Assembly: GCF_000014785.1 (NCBI RefSeq)
Contig: NC_008340.1
Span: forward strand, 1,590,001-1,622,000
Origin: Alkalilimnicola ehrlichii MLHE-1
GTDB lineage: Bacteria; Pseudomonadota; Gammaproteobacteria; Nitrococcales; Halorhodospiraceae
Direction: 5' to 3'
DNA: 32,000 nucleotides
Shown here: positions 10,034 through 18,672 of the stretch, piece after piece
How positions within the stretch are numbered: position 1 is the stretch's first letter
Layout of the letters: each line of letters opens with the position of its first letter
Translations under genes and position numbers: made by a program
The notes under the pieces: model-generated
Database searches by the model: none
Seen by the model: the letters and a program-made list of their open reading frames with translations, nothing else
What the model was told of the DNA's origin: nothing

Positions 10034-11932
10034 TTAGCCCGTGTGGCGGCCGATACCGCGCACCTCCATGGCGCGACCGATCTCCTCCAGGCTGGTGGGA
10101 TCGTCAATGGTGGAGGGCACCGGCACGTCATCCTCCTTGGCCAACTGGCGGATGGTCTTGCGCAGGATCTTGCCCGAGCGGGTCTTGGGCAACTTCTGCA
10201 CCACAGCCACCTGCTTGAGGCAGGCGATGGCACCGATCTCGTTGCGGATCAGCTGCACCAGGTCCTTCTCCAGTTCGGCCTCGTCGACCTCGACACCGTC
10301 CTTGAGCACCACGAAGCCCACGGGCAGTTCGCCCTTCATCTCGTCGTGGATGCCCACCACGGCACACTCGGCGATGGCGGAGTGGCTGCCGATGACCTCC
10401 TCCATCTCGCCGGTGGACAGCCGGTGACCGGCCACGTTGATCACATCGTCTACCCGCCCCATGATGAAGACGTAGCCCTCGTCGTCGATGTAGCCGCCAT
10501 CCGAGGTGTCGTAATAGCCGGGGAAACGCTCCAGGTAGGAGCGGCGGAAGCGCTCATCGTCGCCCCAGAGGGTGGGTAGGCAGCCGGGAGGAAGCGGCAA
10601 TTTGACCACCAGGTTGCCCTGTTCGCCGGCAGGAAGCGGCTGGCCGCTGTCGTCCAGCACCATGACGTTGTAGCCGGGCACGGGCAGGGAGGCAGACCCG
10701 GACTTGACCGGGAAGAGCTCCACCCCGGTGGGGTTGGCCACGATGGGCCATCCGGTCTCGGTCTGCCACCAGTGGTCGATCACCGGCACGTCGAGGATCT
10801 GGGTCAGCCATTCGTAGGTGGGGGGATCGAGCCGCTCACCGGCCACAAAGAGCTTCTTGAGGCAGCTGATGTCGTAATTGGCCATCAGCTTGGCCTCGGG
10901 GTCCTCCTTCTTGACCGCACGGAAAGCGGTCGGCGCCGTGAAGAAGGTCTTGACCTGGTGCTCGGAGATCACCCGCCAGAAGGCCCCGGCATCGGGGGTG
11001 CGCACCGGTTTGCCCTCGTAGACGATCGTGGTGCAGCCGCGGATCAGCGGCGCATAGACGATATAGGAGTGGCCCACCACCCAGCCTACGTCGGAGGCGG
11101 TCCAGAAGACCTCGCCCGGATGCAGGTCGTAAATGGTCTCCATGCTGAAGTTCAACGCGGTGGCATAGCCGCCGGTATCCCGCACCACGCCCTTGGGCTT
11201 GCCGGTGGTGCCGGAGGTGTAGAGCACGTAGAGCGGATCCGTGGCGTCCACCGGCACCGGGTCGGCAGGGCTGACCCGGCTGCAGAGTTCGTCCCAGTCA
11301 TGGTCGCGGCCCGGTTTGAGTTCCGCCTTCTCCTGCTCGCGTTGCACTACCAGGGTTTTCTCCGGGGGATGCTGGGAGCGCTTGAGGGCCTCGTCCACCA
11401 GGGGCAGGTAGGGGATGACCCGTGTGAACTCCACACCGCAGCTGGCCGTGATAATGGCCTTCGGTTTGGCGTCGTCGATGCGGATCGCCAGCTCGTTGGG
11501 CGAGAAACCGCCGAAGACCACCGAATGGATGGCACCCAGGCGGGCACAGGCCAGCATCGCCTCCAGTGCCTCGGGGATCATCGGCATGTAGATGACCACC
11601 CGGTCGCCCTTCTCCACGCCCAGCTCGCGCAGGGCGCCGGCGGCCCGCGCCACCCGGTCCCGCAGCTCGCTGTAGGTGAACTTCTGTTGGGTGTCGGTGA
11701 CCGGTGAGTCGTAGATGACGGCGGTCTGATCGGCCCGGCCGTTGTCACAGTGGTAGTCTAGGGCCAGGTGGCTGATGTTGAGCTTGCCCCCCTTAAACCA
11801 GCGGTAGAAGCCCTTCTCGTCCTGACTGAGGATCTCCTGCGGTGGCTCGAACCAGTCGAGCTTCTCGGCCTCACGGCGCCAGAAGCGCTCCGGCGCCTCG
11901 ATGGATTCACGGTGGATCTCGCGGTAGCCCAT
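10034..11932 (-). CDS. prpE: Propionate--CoA ligase-like / acyl-CoA synthetase
   Basis: 632 aa: SLYVLYTSGTTGKPKGVVRDTGGYATAL-type AMP-binding motif, TASDVGWVVGHSYIVYAPLIRG, WWQTETGWP, and the catalytic-lysine motif LPKTRSGKILRKTIRQLA. Overall resembles PrpE more than Acs. Confidence 0.85.
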   Translation of the reverse strand: MGYREIHRESIEAPERFWRREAEKLDWFEPPQEILSQDEKGFYRWFKGGKLNISHLALDYHCDNGRADQTAVIYDSPVTDTQQKFTYSELRDRVARAAGALRELGVEKGDRVVIYMPMIPEALEAMLACARLGAIHSVVFGGFSPNELAIRIDDAKPKAIITASCGVEFTRVIPYLPLVDEALKRSQHPPEKTLVVQREQEKAELKPGRDHDWDELCSRVSPADPVPVDATDPLYVLYTSGTTGKPKGVVRDTGGYATALNFSMETIYDLHPGEVFWTASDVGWVVGHSYIVYAPLIRGCTTIVYEGKPVRTPDAGAFWRVISEHQVKTFFTAPTAFRAVKKEDPEAKLMANYDISCLKKLFVAGERLDPPTYEWLTQILDVPVIDHWWQTETGWPIVANPTGVELFPVKSGSASLPVPGYNVMVLDDSGQPLPAGEQGNLVVKLPLPPGCLPTLWGDDERFRRSYLERFPGYYDTSDGGYIDDEGYVFIMGRVDDVINVAGHRLSTGEMEEVIGSHSAIAECAVVGIHDEMKGELPVGFVVLKDGVEVDEAELEKDLVQLIRNEIGAIACLKQVAVVQKLPKTRSGKILRKTIRQLAKEDDVPVPSTIDDPTSLEEIGRAMEVRGIGRHTG

Positions 11933-12097
11933 GCTGCTCCTCCCGAATCAGTCGTCGGTTATGGCTGTTCTTTTGCTTTAAGGGTCCAGGGTGCGGCCTG
12001 TTCTCTCCCAGCCTTTCACCCGGCACACCGGCTAGCTTAACCACACGGCGTCGCAGTGGCCAAGGATTATCTTAAAACAAGCACTTATGGTGAAGCC

Positions 12098-12133
12098 GGG
12101 GTCAATGCTGCGGGTCTGGGACCCCAATTTTTT
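12098..12133 (+). terminator. Terminator-like hairpin with T-tract in the prpE/motA intergenic region
   Basis: GGGTC-TGG-GACCC (12112-12124), or alternative GGGGTC (12098-12103) / GACCCC (12120-12125), followed by CAA and six Ts (12128-12133). Confidence 0.4.
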
Positions 12134-12289
12134 GTTAATAGAGGGGCATGTTCCCGGTTTCCGCCGCCTTGCCGGCGTCGGTTCGTTTGCGTTAAGCGTA
12201 GTCGACGGACGGACCGCCCGGGGTACGTCCATCGGGCTAGACCGTTAGGGTGGGGTCTCGCAAACTGTTATTATCCTGAATTGGCACAT

Positions 12290-12307
12290 TAACCTTCCGG
12301 AAGGTTA
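12290..12307. promoter_or_regulatory. Perfect 18-bp palindrome, candidate regulator binding site upstream of the motA-like gene
   Basis: TAACCTTCC|GGAAGGTTA, zero mismatches, 34 nt upstream of the TTG start. Confidence 0.5.
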
Positions 12308-12341
12308 GGGAATTGCACTCGGTCGCGGAGGGGCGCAGTTT

Positions 12342-13145
12342 TTGGATAAAACCACGCTGTTGGGGTTGGTCTCCGGCATCACTATCATCTTTGCCGCCAT
12401 CGGCTTGGGTTCGGCGCCCGGGGAGTTTCTCTATCTACCGGCGCTGTTGATCGTATTCGGGGGCACGCTGGCCTCCACCATGATCAAGTTCCCGTTCACC
12501 CACGTGGCGAACTCCTTTCGGGTGGCCGGTCTCGCCTTCGTTCGCCAGGAGGAGGACCCCCGAAGGCTGATCCTGCAGGTCAAAGAGCTGGCCAAGACGG
12601 CGCGGATGAAGGGGCTCCTGGCGCTGGAGGATGCGGAGGTGGAGAACCCCTTTTTCCGCAAAGGGCTGCAGCTCTGCGCCGATGGTGTTGAGCCGGAGCT
12701 GATGCACAAGGTCCTGAAGGAGGACCTGGAAATGTCGGTGGAGCGCCACGACGTGGGCCAGCGGATCTTCCGCGCCATCGGCGAGGCGGCCCCGGCCTTC
12801 GGCATGATCGGTACGCTGGTGGGCCTGGTGCAGATGCTGGCGCATCTGGATGACCCGGCGGCCATCGGGCCGGGTATGGCCACCGCACTGCTCACCACCC
12901 TTTACGGCGCCATGTTCGCCCAGCTTGTCGCCTTGCCCATCGCCGACAAGCTGGAGCTGAGGGCGCAGAACGAAAGGGCCAACAAGATGCTGATCCTCGA
13001 GGGTATCAATTGCATTCGCCAGGGCTTCAACGCCCGGATGATCGAGGAACTGCTGACCGCCTATCTGCCCACCAAGACCCGCGGTGAGCTGGCAGCGATG
13101 GAAGAGGCCCGCACCGGGGAACCGCAGGGCGAGGAGAGCCGCTAA
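12342..13145 (+). CDS. motA: MotA/PomA-type flagellar stator protein
   Basis: 267 aa: MDKTTLLGLVSGITIIFAAIG, VFGGTLASTMIKFP, AFGMIGTLVGLVQMLAHLDDPAAIGPGMATALLTTLYGAMFAQLVALPIADKL. TTG start with a GGAGG-like RBS just upstream. Confidence 0.9.
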   Translation: MDKTTLLGLVSGITIIFAAIGLGSAPGEFLYLPALLIVFGGTLASTMIKFPFTHVANSFRVAGLAFVRQEEDPRRLILQVKELAKTARMKGLLALEDAEVENPFFRKGLQLCADGVEPELMHKVLKEDLEMSVERHDVGQRIFRAIGEAAPAFGMIGTLVGLVQMLAHLDDPAAIGPGMATALLTTLYGAMFAQLVALPIADKLELRAQNERANKMLILEGINCIRQGFNARMIEELLTAYLPTKTRGELAAMEEARTGEPQGEESR

Positions 13146-13150
13146 GCCCC

Positions 13151-13951
13151 ATGGCCAAGCGACGCCCGCCGCCGGCCTGGATCACCACGTTTGCCGATCT
13201 GATGGCGCTGCTGGTGGTGTTCTTCGTCATGCTGTTCGCCTTCTCCTCGCTGGATGCGGAGAAGTACCGGCTGGCCGCTCAGTCCATCCGAGCGGCCTTC
13301 GGTCCGCAGTTGACCGAGGGCGACCCGAGCCCCAGCCCCAGTCCCATCGATTTTGACGGCGGCTCGCCCGTCGATCCGAGCCTGCTGGAGGACCTGCTGG
13401 ACGCCGTCCCGGACCCCATCGATCAGATCACCGCCGAGCTCCAGGAGCAGTTGGAGGGGGAATTGGGTGAGGGCCTGCTGGAGGTGGAGCGCCTGGACGA
13501 GAACGTGCTGATCCGGTTCCCGGAAAAGGCCGCCTTCCCCTCCGGCAGCGCCGACGTGAACGCCTCCTTCCTGCCGATCCTGCACACGGTGGCCGGGGTG
13601 CTGGCCGGGCAGGGCGGGACAATCCGGGTCTCCGGGCATACCGACGACGTGCCCATCGACACCGAGCGGTTCCGCTCCAACTGGGAACTGTCCACCGCCC
13701 GGGCGACCGAGGTGGTGCACTTGTTGCTGGAGGCCGCGCCCATAGAGCCAGGGCGCTTCATCGCCCAGGGCCACGCCGACACCCGGCCACTGCGGCCGAA
13801 CACCAGCCCGGAGAACCGGGCGCGCAACCGGCGGGTGGATGTGCTCATCACCGGGTTGGATGATTGGAACCGCTGGGGCCCGCCGGCGGAACAGCCGGTG
13901 CTGGATGTGGTTCCCGAGGCTATGCAGGCGCCGCCGCCGGCGCCTCGTTGA
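13151..13951 (+). CDS. motB: MotB/PomB-type stator protein with OmpA-like peptidoglycan-binding domain
   Basis: 266 aa: WITTFADLMALLVVFFVMLFAFSSLDAEKY (stator transmembrane segment with Asp), then IRVSGHTDDVPIDTERFRSNWELSTARATEVVHLL. 5 nt after motA. Confidence 0.92.
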   Translation: MAKRRPPPAWITTFADLMALLVVFFVMLFAFSSLDAEKYRLAAQSIRAAFGPQLTEGDPSPSPSPIDFDGGSPVDPSLLEDLLDAVPDPIDQITAELQEQLEGELGEGLLEVERLDENVLIRFPEKAAFPSGSADVNASFLPILHTVAGVLAGQGGTIRVSGHTDDVPIDTERFRSNWELSTARATEVVHLLLEAAPIEPGRFIAQGHADTRPLRPNTSPENRARNRRVDVLITGLDDWNRWGPPAEQPVLDVVPEAMQAPPPAPR

Positions 13952-14909
13952 GCCGTGACAGGCAATCGGCAACCGCCACCCGTTGCGCCTCCGGGGCAGT
14001 GGGCTGCATCAGTGGCTGCACATGGCACCGATCCACCTGCAGAGCCTGTAGATACCACTTGATGTGCTTGCGCGCGATGCGGGGCCCCATCCAGTCGCCG
14101 TAAAAGCGATGAATCTCGCGCAGGTGGGTCAGCAGGGTCTGCTTGCGCACCGCCAGCGAAGGCGTGGCGACCCGCGTACCGGTCTCCAGATAGGTGTGAA
14201 TCGCCTGGAAGAGCCAGGGTCGGCCCTGGGCCGCGCGCCCGACCATGACCGCATCGGCGCCGGTTTCGTCCAGCACCTGCCGCGCCTTGTCTGGGCTATC
14301 GATATCGCCGTTGGCGACGACCGGGATGTCCACCGCCCGACAGACCGCCTCCACGCTGCGGTATTCGGCCTGACCCTGGTAGGCCTGGACCCGTGTCCGG
14401 CCGTGAAGCGTCAGTGCGGCCACCCCGGCGTCCTCCGCCATCCGGGCGATGGCCACGGCATTGCGCCGCTCGGGCGACGGACCGGTGCGATACTTCAGGG
14501 TGACCGGGACCTCCACCGCGGACACGACCGCGGTCAGGATCCGGCGCACCAGGGGCTCGTCCGCGAGCAGTGCGGAGCCGGCCATGCGATTGCAGACCTT
14601 CTTTGCCGGACAGCCCATGTTGATGTCGATGACCTGGGCGCCCCGCTGTACGTTGTAGCGGGCCGCCTCCGCTAGGGCGACCGGATCCGCGCCCGCGATC
14701 TGCGCCACCCGTGGGCACTCGTCGTCGGCGAGGGTGGCGCGCCATTGGCTCTTGCGCGTCTTGCGCAGGGTTGGATCGGCGGACAGCATCTCCGAAACCG
14801 CGAGGGCGGCACCCCATTGGCGACAGAGCTGACGAAAGGGGAGGTCGGTGATGCCGGCCATGGGTGCGAGCAGCACCCGGCCGGAGAGTTTCCAAGGGCC
14901 GATGTTCAT
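13920..14909 (-). CDS. dusB: tRNA-dihydrouridine synthase B
   Basis: From MNIGPWKLSGRVLLAPMAGITDLPFRQLCR; QIAGADP, GAQVIDINMGCPAKKVCNRMAGSALL, TLHGRTR, VVANGDI, ADAVMVGRAAQGRPWLF, RIARKHIKWYL. The longer ORF to 15638 is read-through of non-coding and opposite-strand sequence. Confidence 0.95.
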   Translation of the reverse strand: MNIGPWKLSGRVLLAPMAGITDLPFRQLCRQWGAALAVSEMLSADPTLRKTRKSQWRATLADDECPRVAQIAGADPVALAEAARYNVQRGAQVIDINMGCPAKKVCNRMAGSALLADEPLVRRILTAVVSAVEVPVTLKYRTGPSPERRNAVAIARMAEDAGVAALTLHGRTRVQAYQGQAEYRSVEAVCRAVDIPVVANGDIDSPDKARQVLDETGADAVMVGRAAQGRPWLFQAIHTYLETGTRVATPSLAVRKQTLLTHLREIHRFYGDWMGPRIARKHIKWYLQALQVDRCHVQPLMQPTAPEAQRVAVADCLSRLNEAPAAAPA

Positions 14910-15008
14910 GTTCCAATCAGGTTGCGCTGTTCGAGCGCGAGCATACCCTGAGCGCGTCGGTCCCCGCCAGTCAGGGCTAAGTGTCTGCATCGGTTGGGGA
15001 AACCCGGA

Positions 15009-15043
15009 CAATCCACAGAACCTGTGGATAACTTTGTGGACAA
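15009..15043. promoter_or_regulatory. Cluster of DnaA-box-like 9-mers
   Basis: CAATCCACA (15009-15017, weak), TGTGGATAA (15023-15031, reverse complement of TTATCCACA), TGTGGACAA (15035-15043, one mismatch). A further TGTGCATAA (15213-15221) matches TTATNCACA. Confidence 0.45.
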
Positions 15044-15223
15044 CGGGGGGAAACCGCGCTGTAACCGGCGTCATTACGCGCTTGTTGCGGTTTTGTTCAA
15101 TGGGGCACCAATAAGAAAAAGACCAATAAAACCAAGGCTCTATGGTGTTTCTCAAGGTATAGGGTGAAGAGTTCCCGAGAAACCCCTGTCTCTCTAACCC
15201 GGGCCGACCTCTTGTGCATAAAT

Positions 15224-15240
15224 GGGGCTTGTCAAGCCCC
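15224..15240. promoter_or_regulatory. 17-bp palindrome upstream of the dehydrogenase gene
   Basis: GGGGCTTG-T-CAAGCCCC, perfect 8-bp arms around one base, ending 32 nt before the ATG at 15273. Confidence 0.4.
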
Positions 15241-15272
15241 GGCGCGGCTCGAAACCGACCGAGGAGAAGGCC

Positions 15273-16232
15273 ATGCGTTCTGCCTTTCTGGACCGAGACT
15301 CGCTGGATCAGGGCGATCTGGACCTGGCGCCGTTGGAGCAGGCGCTGCCCGATCTGCGCCACTACGAGCGGACCGGGGCCCATGAGGTCGCCGACCGGAT
15401 CGCGGACCTGAATGCCGTGGTCGTGAACAAGGTGGTGTTGGATGAGGCGGCCTTGGCCGCCGCACCCGACCTGCGGCTGATCCTGGTGGCGGCCACCGGC
15501 ACCAATAACGTGGATCTGGCGGCGGCCCGGCAGCGGGGGATCACCGTGTGCAACTGCCGGGGCTATGGCACCGATGCGGTGGCCCAGCACACCCTTGGTC
15601 TGATGCTCGCCCTCAGCACCCGGCTGTTGGACTACCACAACGCCGTGCAGGCGGGGGAGTGGGGCCGGAGCGAACAGTTCTGTTTACTCGATTACCCTAT
15701 CCAGGAGCTCTCCGGGCGGACCCTCGGGTTGGTGGGCCACGGCGAGCTGGGCCAGCGGGTCGCGGAGCTGGCCCGGGCCCTGGGGATGACCGTCAAGGTG
15801 GCCGCGCGGCCGGGCGGCGGACCGCCGGCACTTGGGCGCGTGCCGCTGGAGCAGCTTCTGCCCCAGGTGGATGTCTTGACCCTGCACTGCCCGCTGACGG
15901 ATGCCACCCGTAACCTGATCGGGGCGGAGGCCCTCCAGCGCCTGCCCCGCCACGCCCTGTTGATCAATTGCGCGCGGGGCGGCATCGTCGATGAACAGGC
16001 GCTGGCCGATGCCCTGCGTGCGGGGGAGATCGGCGGGGCCGGGGTCGATGTGCTGTCGGAGGAGCCGCCGGTCAACGGCAATCCGCTCCTGGCCGGCGAC
16101 ATCCCCAACCTCATTGTTACCCCCCATTCGGCCTGGGGCAGCCGGGAGGCCCGGCAGCGGATCGTGATGCAACTGGCGGAGGCTGCCCGTGGCTATCTGG
16201 ACGGGCATCCGGTGCGGGTGGTCAGCGAGTAG
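15273..16232 (+). CDS. D-2-hydroxyacid dehydrogenase (glycerate dehydrogenase-like)
   Basis: From MRSAFLDRDSLDQGDLDL; LGLVGHGELGQRVAELARALGM (Rossmann), LTLHCPLTDATRNLI, LINCARGGIVDEQALADAL, NLIVTPHSAWGSREAR. Preceded by GAGGAGAAGG; preferred over the ORF-track start at 15222. Confidence 0.9.
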   Translation: MRSAFLDRDSLDQGDLDLAPLEQALPDLRHYERTGAHEVADRIADLNAVVVNKVVLDEAALAAAPDLRLILVAATGTNNVDLAAARQRGITVCNCRGYGTDAVAQHTLGLMLALSTRLLDYHNAVQAGEWGRSEQFCLLDYPIQELSGRTLGLVGHGELGQRVAELARALGMTVKVAARPGGGPPALGRVPLEQLLPQVDVLTLHCPLTDATRNLIGAEALQRLPRHALLINCARGGIVDEQALADALRAGEIGGAGVDVLSEEPPVNGNPLLAGDIPNLIVTPHSAWGSREARQRIVMQLAEAARGYLDGHPVRVVSE

Positions 16233-16304
16233 TGAGCGACCCGGCACCACCGTAAAATACCAAGGACCCATCAATACCAAGGATCTAGGGAGGAGCACCT
16301 CGCC

Positions 16305-17087
16305 ATGAGTAGGGAATCAATGGAATGGAGCCTGGTCACGGGCGGCGGCACCGGTCTGGGCCGGGCGCTGGCGCTGGCGCTGGCCGCCCGGGGCCAGCGA
16401 GTCATCATCACCGGGCGCCGTCCCGGGCCGCTGGAGGCGACCGCGACCGCCGCGCCTGACGGGGCCGTGGTCCCGGTGCCGGCCGACGTGGCGCAGGAGG
16501 AGGGCCGCCAGCGGATCGGCCAGGCCGTCGACCAGCACGCGCCGAATGGCTTGCGTTTCCTTATTCACAATGCCGGCACCATCGACCCCATCGGGCCGTT
16601 GACCGAGCTCGATCCCGAGCAGTGGCGGAGGAGCCAGGCGATCAACGTAGAGGGGCCGCTGTTTCTCACCCGGTCCCTGTTGTCCCGCCTGCCCGCCGGC
16701 AGCCGGGTGCTGCACATCTCCTCCGGTGCCGCCCACAGCCCGATCCCCGGCTGGGGGGCCTACTGCACCGCCAAGGCCGCCCTGCACATGCTCTACCAGT
16801 GTCTGGACGGCGAGCTGCGTGACCGGGGCATCCGTGTCGGCAGCCTCCGCCCGGGGGTGGTGGACACCCCGATGCAGGCACACATCCGTGCCAGTTCCGA
16901 GGCGGCGTTCCCGCTGGTGGAGCGATTCCGTGCCCTGCACCGAGAGGGGGAGTTGCGGTCGGCCGAGGAGGTGGCCGACTTCGCCTGCTGGGTGCTCAGT
17001 GCCACCGACGACGACCGCTACGCATCGTCGGAGTGGAATATCTCCGACCCCGAGCAGACCCGTGACTGGCAGCGCAGCCCCGGGTAA
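16305..17087 (+). CDS. Short-chain dehydrogenase/reductase
   Basis: LVTGGGTGLGRALALALAARG (TGxxxGxG), LIHNAG, ISSGAAHSPIPGWGAYCTAKAALHM (S...YxxxK), LRPGVVDTPM. Confidence 0.92.
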   Translation: MSRESMEWSLVTGGGTGLGRALALALAARGQRVIITGRRPGPLEATATAAPDGAVVPVPADVAQEEGRQRIGQAVDQHAPNGLRFLIHNAGTIDPIGPLTELDPEQWRRSQAINVEGPLFLTRSLLSRLPAGSRVLHISSGAAHSPIPGWGAYCTAKAALHMLYQCLDGELRDRGIRVGSLRPGVVDTPMQAHIRASSEAAFPLVERFRALHREGELRSAEEVADFACWVLSATDDDRYASSEWNISDPEQTRDWQRSPG

Positions 17088-17133
17088 GCGGCGGGCCGTG
17101 CCGAGCGCGCCGCCGGTTCATCACCGTGACCGG

Positions 17134-17646
17134 ATGGGGCGGGGCGCGGTATGGCCGGCCGTGGTGCTGGCCCTGACCGCCGGGCTCGCCGGCTGTGCCC
17201 AGGACGAGCCCGGCGCGGAACGCTGGTACGACGAAGGGCAGGTCGTACGCGGTGAGGCGCTCTATCAGCAATATTGCGCCCAATGCCACGGGGTGGCCGG
17301 GGACGGCGCGGAGAACTGGCGCCAGCGGGATGCCTCCGGGCGCACCGGCCCGCCACCGCTGAACGGCACCGGTCACACCTGGCACCATGGCAAAGACGAG
17401 CTGCGCCATTTCATTCGGCATGGCCTGGGGCCCGGCATGCCGCCCTGGCGCGCGGTACTGTCCGACGACGAGGTGACCGCGGTCATCGCCTACCTGCAGC
17501 ATTGGTGGCCGGAGGAGATCTACCAGGCCTGGCAGCGCTACGATGCCCGCTTTCGCGAGGCCGGCGTGGACCTGGGGGAGGAGCCGGTACCGCAGGCCCA
17601 TCCGCAGCCACCGTCATCCGAAACCCCGGGAGGGTCACCCCCCTGA
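17134..17646 (+). CDS. Lipoprotein c-type cytochrome
   Basis: From MGRGAVWPAVVLALTAGLAGCAQDEPG (lipobox LAGC); haem motif CAQCHG, GMPPW distal Met, DDEVTAVIAYLQHWW. The ORF-track start at 16726 lies inside the SDR gene. Confidence 0.87.
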   Translation: MGRGAVWPAVVLALTAGLAGCAQDEPGAERWYDEGQVVRGEALYQQYCAQCHGVAGDGAENWRQRDASGRTGPPPLNGTGHTWHHGKDELRHFIRHGLGPGMPPWRAVLSDDEVTAVIAYLQHWWPEEIYQAWQRYDARFREAGVDLGEEPVPQAHPQPPSSETPGGSPP

Positions 17647-18563
17647 TGGACCGATTACTGGCAATGGAGGCCTTCGTCGCCGTGGTGGAGGCCGGCAGCT
17701 TCGTCGCCGCCAGCGAGCGTCTCGGCCGGGCCACGAGCACCACCTCCCGGCAGGTATCGGAGTTGGAGGCGCACCTGCAGGCCCGGTTGTTCCAGCGCAC
17801 CACCCGGCGCCTGACGCTCACCGAGCAGGGACAGGTCTTTTACCGGCATTGCAAGGATCTGCTGGCGCGGCTCGAGGAGGCTGAGGCCGAGGTGGGGGCC
17901 GGCACAGGGGAACCGAACGGGGTGTTGCGGGTGACCGCCCCGGTCTCCTTCGGCACCCTGCACCTGGCCGGTCTGATCCCGCAATTCCATGCCCGGCACC
18001 CCCGCGTGCATCTGAACCTGTCACTGGACGACCGCCAGGTGGATCTGATGGGCGAGGGCCATGACCTGGCGCTGCGCATCAGCCGCTCGCTGCCGGAGCA
18101 TCTGGTGGCCCGCAAGCTGGCGTCGGTCAGCATCATCACCTGCGCGGCACCGGGTTATCTGGCCCAAGCGGGTCGGCCGGAGCGGCCGGAGGCCCTGCAG
18201 GCGCACACCTGCCTGCTCTACTCCCAGGCCGAACCCTACCGCACCTGGACCTATCAGGGCCCGCAGGGGCCGATACCGGTCCGGGTCGGCGGCTACCTGA
18301 CCGCCAACAACGGGGACGTGCTGCGCGCAGCGGCCTTGGCCGGTGATGGCATCGCCCAGCTCCCGGCCTTTCTGGTCCGTGACGACCTGTCAGCCGGTCG
18401 CCTGGTCCCGCTGCTGCCCGACTACCCTCTGCCGCCGCTGGGGGTCTACGCCGTCTACCCCAGCCGGCGCTATCTGCCCGCCAAGGTCCGTGCCTTCGTG
18501 GACTTCCTCGCCGAGACCTGGCGTGACACGCCCACCTGGGAGCAGGGGCCGGCCCCCGACTGA
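17646..18563 (+). CDS. LysR family transcriptional regulator
   Basis: MDRLLAMEAFVAVVEAGSFVAASERLGRATSTTSRQVSELEAHLQARLFQRTTRRLTLTEQGQVFY. Start overlaps the cytochrome c stop (TGATG). Confidence 0.92.
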   Translation: MDRLLAMEAFVAVVEAGSFVAASERLGRATSTTSRQVSELEAHLQARLFQRTTRRLTLTEQGQVFYRHCKDLLARLEEAEAEVGAGTGEPNGVLRVTAPVSFGTLHLAGLIPQFHARHPRVHLNLSLDDRQVDLMGEGHDLALRISRSLPEHLVARKLASVSIITCAAPGYLAQAGRPERPEALQAHTCLLYSQAEPYRTWTYQGPQGPIPVRVGGYLTANNGDVLRAAALAGDGIAQLPAFLVRDDLSAGRLVPLLPDYPLPPLGVYAVYPSRRYLPAKVRAFVDFLAETWRDTPTWEQGPAPD

Positions 18564-18672
18564 AGCGCGGGATTTTTCCGCCTGACGGGACAATGATTTT
18601 CGCCCGGGCCGGGTTTTCCATCACAACGGGATCCGTACACTTTGGCCATGCCCTTGGAACAAGGAGTCCCGC

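Noticed and set aside
12056-12292. 78-aa + strand ORF in the prpE/motA gap
   Set aside because: Runs through the hairpin/T-tract, no family resemblance, no convincing RBS; more likely non-coding.
14910-15638. N-terminal 243 codons of the 572-aa minus-strand ORF containing dusB
   Set aside because: DusB homology starts at MNIGPWKL (14909). Upstream translation passes through the DnaA-box region and is antisense to the dehydrogenase gene.
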